Below, piece by piece: positions 39,628 through 47,083 of a DNA stretch of 64,000 bases. A model generated the notes under the pieces. That model saw nothing but the letters and a program-made list of their open reading frames with translations. It searched no databases and had not been told where the DNA came from. The translations under genes were made by a program, and so were the position numbers. The first letter of the stretch is position 1; every line of letters begins with the position of its first letter. The stretch comes from Thermoactinomycetaceae bacterium (lineage in GTDB: Bacteria; Bacillota; Bacilli; Thermoactinomycetales; Thermoactinomycetaceae): assembly GCA_025449975.1 (NCBI GenBank), contig JANWIG010000034.1, forward strand, positions 31,452-95,451, given 5' to 3'.

Positions 39628-39990
39628 TCTGATCTTCCCCTCATCACAAAAAAAGCCAGAAAATACCGAGATCACTTCTCAGCAAGCTTCCAGCCATTTA
39701 CTCAAGACAGAATCAACCTCTCATCTCAAAAGATGATTCTTCTCTTTTTTATTGGCTTTTGCTCAACAAATGGCAATGTTCTGTTTCCATTACGAAAAAC
39801 TTACAAAACGCTACGAGTTTCTGTTTGCCTCCTAGTTCAGTTTCCGGCCGCACCCTTACAGACTACTACAGTTTAATGGAACACTCCACAGGTGTAAAGT
39901 TCCCGTGTCATTCAGGGGACCCTAGATATCGTTTTGCAGGTGACTAACAAGGCGATTCAACCTTCTGTATGTAATTACTACATACATCTA

Positions 39991-40052
39991 TTATTATCCT
40001 GTATTTTTAGACATAAATAGAGGCGCAAAACGATACAATTTTATTATCCTGT
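39991..40052. repeat. Perfect 12-nt direct repeat TTATTATCCTGT, copies exactly 50 bp apart
   Basis: Copies at 39991-40002 and 40041-40052, each followed by a T-rich tract. A neighbouring perfect palindrome TGTATGTA/TACATACA lies at 39966-39986. Confidence 0.6.
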
Positions 40053-40089
40053 CTCTTTTTGCTCATCGGTCAGAGCAATTGATGAACTA

Positions 40090-42549
40090 TTATTCAACGA
40101 CCTGTACTCTTTCTAGTCTTGGCATATTGGCAACTTGAACGGTGGACCATTCCGAAGCATAATTTTCAATTTTAGCAACAATCACCGTCATATCATCTTG
40201 AATCTTTCCACCATGAGATTGAATCACTTTTTCCAATAGGGCATCGGCAAAAACCTGTGGGTCTTTGGTTGAAATTTGCGAAATCAAACGCTGGATGATC
40301 AGTTCCTTGTTGGGAAGATGGCGAGGAGCATCATAGATGCCATCTGTCATCAAAATCAACATATCTCCAGCTTCCAACGGCATTTCGATCGAGTCGATCT
40401 CAATTTCATTTAAAATACCGATCGGTGGATTTGAAGAATGGAGGGTGATCACTTTTTTGTTACGTTTTATAAAGCCTGGTGTAGACGCGATCTTCATAAA
40501 CCGCGCATGCGCTGTGTTTAAGTCGACAATCGCTAAGTCAATGGTAGCAAACATCTCCTCTGCCGAACGCATTCGCAAAATGGCATTGACTGTTTCTACC
40601 GCCTTTTTCTCATTGACTCCAACCTGCAGCAACCGACGAAGCAACTTAAGAGCAGAACTACTCTCTTCTTGCGCTCGCGCTCCGTTTCCCATTCCATCGC
40701 TCAAGGCGACGGCATATTTGCTTGTGCCTAGATTCATACAACAGTAACTATCCCCCGATACAAAGCCATTTCCCTTGGCTACCGTTGCCACACCGGTCTT
40801 TAGTGTATATCTTTGGGCAGATCCCAACGTAATGATTGAACTAGCCGATTGATCTTGCACAACCTTACGGAAAACAGCAATCGGTTCTCCCACCATCTCT
40901 GTTAACAAAGGAACCACCCTTTGTTGGCAAGCCGTAATCCCCTCATCTCCCACCATTAACAATTCAATTTCAATTCGCCCTTCTTCCAAACTAATCACAT
41001 CGACTCGCTGGATCGGTAAGTCGAGCTCAGCCAATGCTTCGCGGATCTGATCCTCTTTCGCTGCTTGCCGCTTTGTTTCATACCGAATCTCTTCAGCCAG
41101 CTTTTCCAATACCTCAGCCATCCCCGTGAGTTGCTCAGAGACCAGACGTTGTGAGTCCTTGATCTTCTTTTTCCAATAAACGCTCTGTCCGTGATAGGCA
41201 TACCTCTCTTGCATTGCCGAAAGAAGTCTTTCGGGACGCATACAGCTATCAAGCCATCCGGATGGAACAGGAATAAGTGGTCGATCCCCTTTCGTTTCAA
41301 TAATGGTCATTAAATCAGTCATTCCTTGAAACGTCTTGATGATGTCCTTTTCCCAGCAGCGTGAAAAAGATGGGCATCCTACACAAGCGTTCTCCATTAC
41401 TTCACTCATCAAATGATGAACGAAATTTTCACCTTCTTTGCATTCTCTCGCCACATCCCAGCGGAAGCTCTGCGCCAGTTCTGAAAAAAGGCTGGTAAAC
41501 TGCTCAATTTTCATTGCTGTAATATCGCGCAAGCGGCGTACATATGCTTGATGAGCCGTTTGATTTTCCAACGTTCCTGGGATCCATTTGGATATTTTTT
41601 GGAGAAAAGTACGCGGAGTGAGCCAATACAGGAGGATCGCACTACTCGTTTCCAGGAGAGAAAACCACATCGCCTCGCTGATCCCCTGATAAAAATGAAT
41701 AAAAGTTGCTCCAAGCAAAAAGCCAAATGGCGCTCCAAAGAACCGATTTTCTTTCATGAGGCCAGCCAGTAATCCCGATAAGGCCAGCAGGCTAATCTCA
41801 ATCGTTCCCATCGGATTGACTAGACATAGGATCAGACCAGCTACCACTCCCATCGTTGTTCCCAACAATGCGCCACCCGTCCATGCTAATAACAAAACGG
41901 CATACTGAGTAATGATCTGAACCACGGACAAATTCCAGACAAACCAACCCATCGTACCCGTGATGGCAGCGCCTAACAAGACGACTAAACAAATCATTTC
42001 ATCTGTTCGCAAAGACAAACGCTGCTTTTTGACAGTAAAAAGCGGAATGGCCTTCATAAAAATCAAGGTGAAAACCCAACTGAGAAATACGTCCAAACTC
42101 GCTAAAAGCAGCTGCTCATTATGAAATCCTCCCCACCAAAAATAGAGAAGATAACCGATGATTCCACTGAAGAGCACAACGGTAGGAGCATAATGGATCT
42201 GTCCTTTTCCCATCCACTGCATTCCCTTTTGAAATACGAGCAGAAGGAGCAAAAAACAGGAAAGCCGAATGGTGTGGACCATATCCAAAGTGGATGCTCC
42301 TGCCAATACGGATAACAACACGATTGGCCAACTCTTCCGTCCCAAATATAATACCACTGCAAAAAAGGCGAGCGCAAAAGGAGAAACAGAGTCTAAGAGC
42401 AACGTTCTTCCCAGTAAAAAACCAATACAAATAATCGGAATATTCCACATATGAAGCAAACGGTTTGTCCACCGTTTCTTGTTTACTACCCATTTCTCTA
42501 ACCAAGGACCTTTTTTCCTTTTTTCTACCAACGTTTTCAATCCGTCCAC
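40090..42549 (-). CDS. spoIIE: Stage II sporulation protein E (PP2C phosphatase with a polytopic membrane domain)
   Basis: About 10 N-terminal TM helices and a C-terminal PP2C domain (SGDSY...LSDGMGNG...TDG...DDMT). Start is approximate: GTG 42549 or TTG 42540. Confidence 0.93.
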   Translation of the reverse strand: MDGLKTLVEKRKKGPWLEKWVVNKKRWTNRLLHMWNIPIICIGFLLGRTLLLDSVSPFALAFFAVVLYLGRKSWPIVLLSVLAGASTLDMVHTIRLSCFLLLLLVFQKGMQWMGKGQIHYAPTVVLFSGIIGYLLYFWWGGFHNEQLLLASLDVFLSWVFTLIFMKAIPLFTVKKQRLSLRTDEMICLVVLLGAAITGTMGWFVWNLSVVQIITQYAVLLLAWTGGALLGTTMGVVAGLILCLVNPMGTIEISLLALSGLLAGLMKENRFFGAPFGFLLGATFIHFYQGISEAMWFSLLETSSAILLYWLTPRTFLQKISKWIPGTLENQTAHQAYVRRLRDITAMKIEQFTSLFSELAQSFRWDVARECKEGENFVHHLMSEVMENACVGCPSFSRCWEKDIIKTFQGMTDLMTIIETKGDRPLIPVPSGWLDSCMRPERLLSAMQERYAYHGQSVYWKKKIKDSQRLVSEQLTGMAEVLEKLAEEIRYETKRQAAKEDQIREALAELDLPIQRVDVISLEEGRIEIELLMVGDEGITACQQRVVPLLTEMVGEPIAVFRKVVQDQSASSIITLGSAQRYTLKTGVATVAKGNGFVSGDSYCCMNLGTSKYAVALSDGMGNGARAQEESSSALKLLRRLLQVGVNEKKAVETVNAILRMRSAEEMFATIDLAIVDLNTAHARFMKIASTPGFIKRNKKVITLHSSNPPIGILNEIEIDSIEMPLEAGDMLILMTDGIYDAPRHLPNKELIIQRLISQISTKDPQVFADALLEKVIQSHGGKIQDDMTVIVAKIENYASEWSTVQVANMPRLERVQVVE

Positions 42550-42573
42550 CCCTTAAGCCGTTTTTTACCGACT

Positions 42574-42606
42574 ATTATAGCGAGGGGAGATCGAATTGTT
42601 TGTCAA
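42574..42606 (-). promoter_or_regulatory. spoIIE promoter with an over-long 21-bp spacer
   Basis: Minus strand: TTGACA (42606-42601), 21 nt spacer, TATAAT (42579-42574). As I recall, the Spo0A-activated B. subtilis spoIIE promoter has the same unusual spacing. Confidence 0.65.
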
Positions 42607-42631
42607 ATTAACTGACTGAATCATAAGTTTT

Positions 42632-42648
42632 TTACGACATTTTCGCCT
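42632..42648 (-). promoter_or_regulatory. Tandem Spo0A-box-like sites upstream of the spoIIE -35
   Basis: Minus strand reads AGGCGAAAATGTCGTA, two 0A-like heptads against the consensus TGNCGAA. A perfect TGTCGAA lies on the + strand at 42762-42768, and TGTCGCA on the minus strand at 42791-42797. Confidence 0.55.
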
Positions 42649-42825
42649 ATATTTTAAAGCTTTTGTTGTCTGCGCATTTGACGGTTTTTTTCTAATAAGA
42701 ATCATTTTCTACGATAACAACAAAAAAGCTTCCCCAAAAGCGGAGAAGAAAGGAGAAATTTTGTCGAAATCACTCAAATAAATAAGGGAATGCGACAAAA
42801 CTTCCAAATGAACGAGCCAATCACT

Positions 42826-43308
42826 TCATTGTTTTAATTTTCCTGCCAAAGGGTACATGGTTGCTTCTTGAATAAACGAAGGAATCAGCTTTTTCTCAGT
42901 GGTTAATTGCAGCATCCGGTGGAGCGTATGCAAAGCATAAACCTGTTGCTTTTTTTTTAAGTGATTTTTTTCAATGGAGTCCGCAAACTCATCCACATCT
43001 AGTAGATGATAGCTTCCATCTGGATAAACGATTAAATCGAGAAGTAAGTCAACCATAACATAACGAAGACGGCCTACCTGATGCATTTCCATTACATCGC
43101 AGTAGTAATAAAGAAATTCTCCAGACCGTTTAAATACTTTCGAAATGGTGTACCCTTTTTTCACAAAGTAATAAGTAAGAAAAATTCGCTTTCCATCCGG
43201 ATTGGCATACTGTGTAGCAAAACAATGTCTTCCTCGCCAGTCACGTACTAGCTCTGAATACGTCTTATTCATTGTCGTAAATTTAATTTTCTTTATTACT
43301 ACATTCAC
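42826..43308 (-). CDS. DUF402 domain protein (FomD/Ntdp-like nucleotide phosphatase family)
   Basis: YYYCDVM...VDLLLDLIVYPDGSYHLLDVDEFADSI fits the DUF402 core pattern. GTG at 43308 follows GGGAG; the ORF-track start is 43320. Confidence 0.6.
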   Translation of the reverse strand: MNVVIKKIKFTTMNKTYSELVRDWRGRHCFATQYANPDGKRIFLTYYFVKKGYTISKVFKRSGEFLYYYCDVMEMHQVGRLRYVMVDLLLDLIVYPDGSYHLLDVDEFADSIEKNHLKKKQQVYALHTLHRMLQLTTEKKLIPSFIQEATMYPLAGKLKQ

Positions 43309-43367
43309 GTAAACTCCCACACTTTCCTGGAAAGCACCTAGGATGATCGCTATTCCCTTATAGGATG

Positions 43368-43416
43368 AAAAAAAAGGCGACTTCCCAGTCCTACATACGA
43401 AGGACGGTAATTCGCC
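43368..43416 (-). terminator. Rho-independent terminator after the tRNA pair
   Basis: GGCGA...TCGCC outer stem around an internal helix, followed by eight T on the minus strand. Confidence 0.7.
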
Positions 43417-43432
43417 TTATCTTTATCAACTT

Positions 43433-43509
43433 TGGTAGCGGTGGAGGGGCTCGAACCCCCGACCTCACGGGTATGAACCGTACGCTCTAGCCAGCTGAGC
43501 TACACCGCC
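43433..43509 (-). tRNA. tRNA-Met (elongator, anticodon CAT), CCA encoded
   Basis: Reverse complement GGCGGTGTAGCTCAGCTGGCTAGAGCGTACGGTTCATACCCGTGAGGTCGGGGGTTCGAGCCCCTCCACCGCTACCA folds as a cloverleaf. It closely matches my recollection of B. subtilis elongator tRNA-Met. Confidence 0.92.
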
Positions 43510-43514
43510 AAAAT

Positions 43515-43590
<76 letters not shown>

Positions 43591-43621
43591 TCAATTATTC
43601 ATTTAGCTGCGAACATTTATT

Positions 43622-43650
43622 ATTATATCTAGCGCACAGAATAAAGTCAA
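43622..43650 (-). promoter_or_regulatory. sigmaA-type promoter for the tRNA pair
   Basis: Minus strand: TTGACT (43650-43645), 17 nt spacer, TATAAT (43627-43622), about 30 nt upstream of the tRNA-fMet 5' end. Confidence 0.7.
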
Positions 43651-43887
43651 GCAAAAAAATAAATATTTATTTCTTTTTCTTTCAGGCGGAAGTAGCCTCT
43701 AAAGAGGCTACTGTCAAGCGAACCATGTGGGACGGGTGATGGTACACCTCTAAACTTGGGCATTGTTCAAAACGGAAACGGACTGCCAACGCGAATGACC
43801 CAAGAATCCCACAGCTTCAGCCGTGTGGAGTGTCAAATGTTACGACAGTTTGATGAAACACTCCACTGGCATAAATTCTCGCGTAGC

Positions 43888-44286
43888 TCATTCCTCCTCC
43901 AGCTTCTTCTCTTTCCCCTCTTCATTTTCATTGATCTCTGGTTTTACATAACCAAGCTTATGAGCCAATTCCATTAAATAGTTCTCATCATTTAACTGCT
44001 TGACTTTTTCTTTCAATTGACCAGTCTGTTGCTGAGCAATACTTAATTCCTGTTTTTTCTGCACTAATACCTCTTGCTTATCCCAGATCCGGAATTGTTG
44101 GATCGCAATCTGCACAATTGCCCAGCTAAAAACAAATACCATTATCGCTAGCCATGTAAAGCGTCTACGTCGTGTAGCTGGATGTAATTTTTGTTTGATG
44201 TTGGTTGGCTCGTTTTTTCGTTCTACCGTCTGACCCTGAGGGGAACGAAAAGCAAGCACCTTACGATTTTTGGACTTCGCTGCCAT
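43888..44286 (-). CDS. divIC: Septum formation initiator DivIC/FtsB family
   Basis: Basic N-terminus, a single TM helix, and a coiled coil (QKKQELSIAQQQTGQLKEKVKQLNDENYLMELA). Follows yabQ as in B. subtilis. Confidence 0.85.
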   Translation of the reverse strand: MAAKSKNRKVLAFRSPQGQTVERKNEPTNIKQKLHPATRRRRFTWLAIMVFVFSWAIVQIAIQQFRIWDKQEVLVQKKQELSIAQQQTGQLKEKVKQLNDENYLMELAHKLGYVKPEINENEEGKEKKLEEE

Positions 44287-44313
44287 TCATTTCACCCCTT
44301 TTTCAAATTGAAT

Positions 44314-44832
44314 TCACTTCTTTTTTCCCCATTTATTTACCACTTGGTGAATTCGTTGAAGATAAGGTAAGATCAAACGATGTACTGTTTTAAAGATCCA
44401 ACCGATTGGGAACATCACTATTTTCAAGATAGAAAGAATCAGTTTAGTGATTAGTTGATAGATTAGCTTAAGCGGTTTCAAAATCAGTTGTCGAATCAAT
44501 AACCATATCCAACCGAGTAGGATCTCAATTCCATCAATTAGTCCTCTAATCAATCGTTGAAATATTCGACTTAGCCAACGATAGTAGCAAAACAGTCCTG
44601 CAAGGATGGCAATAAAAATATAAAAGCGTAACTGCCCCCAATTACTCCACATAAGCAAAAGAAAAACCAGACCAGCGGATCCAAACCAGTATAAAAGATC
44701 GATCAGAGAAACGATCCATCCTCTTAGACGCAACCGAATACGCAATGCTTGATATGTATCCAAAATCGCTCCCAACAAAAAACCGGATCCGAACATAACA
44801 AGCATGGTAATGGTCTGTGTTTGTAAACTCAC
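44314..44832 (-). CDS. yabQ: Spore cortex biosynthesis membrane protein YabQ
   Basis: LQTQTITMLVMFGSGFLLGAILDTY...GQLRFYIFIAIL parallels the B. subtilis YabQ N-terminus. Overlaps the yabP stop. Confidence 0.85.
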   Translation of the reverse strand: MSLQTQTITMLVMFGSGFLLGAILDTYQALRIRLRLRGWIVSLIDLLYWFGSAGLVFLLLMWSNWGQLRFYIFIAILAGLFCYYRWLSRIFQRLIRGLIDGIEILLGWIWLLIRQLILKPLKLIYQLITKLILSILKIVMFPIGWIFKTVHRLILPYLQRIHQVVNKWGKKK

Positions 44833-45143
44833 CGGAATAGCCTTCCTAAAAAGTTTTTCTGTTTTTGTGCTCGTGGGAGTGAGGCATCAAAATAATGAAA
44901 CTCGGTAAAGTGGCCTTCAATGGCGACATTACCCAATTCCAGATCTAAGTTTTTTATATGCAAGTCTTGTCCACGAAACCCAAGAAATCCACAATCTGTT
45001 TGTAATAGAAACTCTTCACTATCAAAGCATTCTACACTAACTACACCGCTGACTTCTAGGAGATTACGGTTCGTGAGGACGATTTCGTGCTTCCCTTGCC
45101 CTACTTCTTCCACCATAACAAGTACCTCCTTCTCTTGGTACAT
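44829..45143 (-). CDS. yabP: Sporulation protein YabP
   Basis: LTNRNLLEVSGVVSVECFDSEEFLLQT..G.L.FRGQDLHIKNLDLE fits the YabP/YqfC family pattern. Confidence 0.85.
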   Translation of the reverse strand: MYQEKEVLVMVEEVGQGKHEIVLTNRNLLEVSGVVSVECFDSEEFLLQTDCGFLGFRGQDLHIKNLDLELGNVAIEGHFTEFHYFDASLPRAQKQKNFLGRLFR

Positions 45144-45144
45144 G

Positions 45145-45438
45145 TTATGGACAAAACCCTCGGCTTAGAACATTGGAACCGGAATCCAACCTTTCTTCTT
45201 TGATCAGTTTAAACATCGTGCTCGCCTCATCTTTACGGACATTTTCACTAAGCTTAGCCACTTCGACCGTAACCACTTTTTGACCGAACTGAATGGTTAA
45301 CTGATCACCGACGGATACCTCCGTTCCAGCTTTCGCAACTCTTCCATTCACCTGTACTCGTCCTTGATCACATACTTCTTTTGCTAAAGTTCGTCGTTTG
45401 ATGATCCGAGAAACCTTTAGAAATTTGTCTAATCTCAT
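45145..45438 (-). CDS. yabO: S4-domain RNA-binding protein YabO (Hsp15-like)
   Basis: MRLDKFLKVSRIIKRRTLAKEVCDQGRVQVNGRVAK is the S4 domain signature. The ORF-track start at 45573 is over-extended. Confidence 0.85.
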   Translation of the reverse strand: MRLDKFLKVSRIIKRRTLAKEVCDQGRVQVNGRVAKAGTEVSVGDQLTIQFGQKVVTVEVAKLSENVRKDEASTMFKLIKEERLDSGSNVLSRGFCP

Positions 45439-45559
45439 TTCATAACCCTTTCCAGATCGTTTTATAATGGTTACCCGCTTTTTTCCTGCCGTAATCCTCC
45501 CTCGCTTTTTAAAAATATCCCCTGTTGATTTCGCGAAGGGAAGAAAAAAACCTTCCAAT

Positions 45560-47071
45560 TTATGGTTTCTCATCCACCGCCTCGGTAGAATGTTTTTTCA
45601 TTTTGGCTTCTCTCTGTTTGGCTTCGTTCCACCATGCATCTAATTGAGACATTTCTACTTCTTGGATTTTCTTTTCTAATCTTCGAGCCTTTTCTTCTAT
45701 ATAGCGAAAACGACGAGCAAATTTCTGCGTTGCTCGAAGCAAAGCAATTTCCGGATTGATCTCATACTTTCGAGCGACCGATGTCAAAATAAAGAAGAGA
45801 TCACCAATCTCATCCTCTTGCTCCACTTTGGTCTTAGCTGCCCTTAGTTCAGCTAATTCTTCTTCTACCTTCATTAAAATCTGTTCTTTACTTTCCCAAT
45901 CAAAGCCCACTTTTGCCGCCTTTTTATGTTGTTCTAGCGCATAAAGCAGCACTGGCAAGCCTTTTGATATTTCATCCAAGATTGACTTTCTACCTTGACT
46001 TTCTTCTTTTCGTTCTTGCTGTTTGATTTGTTCCCAGCTTGCTTTCACTTCTTCCGCTGTTTCAAGACGCTGTTCTCCAAAGACATGCGGATGTCGACGA
46101 ATCATCTTTTCGGTTAACACTTTGATCACTTCATAAATATCAAATAGCCCTTCTTCATCGGCGATTTGAGAGTGTAACAATACTTGTAGCAAAACATCCC
46201 CTAGTTCCTCCAAAATCGCCTCCGGATCTTCACGATGAATCGCTTCAATCAGTTCATACGACTCTTCCAGTAAATAAGGTAACAAACTGGTATGTGTTTG
46301 CTTCCGATCCCAAGGGCATCCCTGAGGACTCCTCAAATAAGCAATGACTTGGGTCAAATAGTCAAATCGTCGATAAAGAATTTCTTCTTGTTTGACAGGC
46401 GGCAAGTAAATGGAAGTCAAGTCCGTAAATGGATCGTCCATCCGATCCAACTCATAAAGAGGAAGGCGAATAATCTTCTCTTCATTGGTCACTCCGGCAG
46501 CCGTTACAATAAACACCTCATAATCATCCGGATAGACTTCCATCAAAGTCAACTTGACATCGGAAGCAACCAAACGATGATAGACTTGCCCAATCAAGAT
46601 ATGAAGCTCGGGATTGATCAATTCGCTTCTTAATTCTGTTCCATCCAATAAAGCAAATCCTTCGATCGGATCAATCCCAAGTCGAGCAAATAAAATGTCT
46701 AAGAAGCTGCCTCCGCCTCGGATATCCACTTCAATTCCACTTTCCCGTGCCATCATCAATAGCAACTGAACCGTTTTTTCAGCTACCATGGGATGACCTG
46801 GAACAGCATAGACCACCGTGCCATATGTATTCGCAAACATGATCAGTCTCTGCGTTATTTCTTGATAAACAGCAGAAAAATCTTGACTTAGTTCATATAA
46901 CTCGTCAAAGGTTTGAAAATCGATTCTCTTTTCTTGAAGCCAACGAACGACTGGATGTTTGGCTGTCCTTAGCCAAATATGGTTGTACTGACTCAAAGTA
47001 GCTAAAGTTCCAATTGGTAATGCAGTTTCATCTCCAAAACCTAATCCGACGACAATTACTTTCTTTTTCAT
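45560..47071 (-). CDS. yabN: Tetrapyrrole-methylase-like plus MazG fusion protein (YabN)
   Basis: N-terminal TP_methylase-like fold (VVGLGFGD) and tandem MazG domains (CPWDRKQTH..., EELGDVLLQVLLH, RRHPHVFG). Confidence 0.9.
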   Translation of the reverse strand: MKKKVIVVGLGFGDETALPIGTLATLSQYNHIWLRTAKHPVVRWLQEKRIDFQTFDELYELSQDFSAVYQEITQRLIMFANTYGTVVYAVPGHPMVAEKTVQLLLMMARESGIEVDIRGGGSFLDILFARLGIDPIEGFALLDGTELRSELINPELHILIGQVYHRLVASDVKLTLMEVYPDDYEVFIVTAAGVTNEEKIIRLPLYELDRMDDPFTDLTSIYLPPVKQEEILYRRFDYLTQVIAYLRSPQGCPWDRKQTHTSLLPYLLEESYELIEAIHREDPEAILEELGDVLLQVLLHSQIADEEGLFDIYEVIKVLTEKMIRRHPHVFGEQRLETAEEVKASWEQIKQQERKEESQGRKSILDEISKGLPVLLYALEQHKKAAKVGFDWESKEQILMKVEEELAELRAAKTKVEQEDEIGDLFFILTSVARKYEINPEIALLRATQKFARRFRYIEEKARRLEKKIQEVEMSQLDAWWNEAKQREAKMKKHSTEAVDEKP

Positions 47072-47083
47072 TTTTTTCCTCCT

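Noticed and set aside
39869-39899. Reading the shared 35-nt motif as plus-strand sigmaB-type promoters (GTTTAA-N14-GGTGTA and GTTTGA-N14-GGCATA) driving antisense RNAs to spoIIE and divIC.
   Set aside because: The -35 halves fit, but the -10 halves do not match GGGTAT. Trial fits to the sigmaE, F, G, K and ECF consensus sequences were also poor. This stays an unexplained repeat rather than a promoter call.
39781-39960. Possible c-di-AMP (ydaO-type) riboswitch upstream of tilS. The minus strand begins TTGAATCGCC and contains CTCGTAGCG, resembling the ends of that motif.
   Set aside because: The internal conserved blocks, as I remember them (GGGGACCCA, GGUAGGG, CCGAACCCG-like strings), are absent. 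I could not build a pseudo-symmetric fold. The similarity is limited to two short strings.
43651-43887. A decayed yabR (S1-domain) pseudogene between divIC and the tRNA genes.
   Set aside because: Translating all three minus-strand frames gave no S1-like motif (no G..FGAFV..GL.H.SE pattern). The stops are not arranged as in a recently frameshifted gene.
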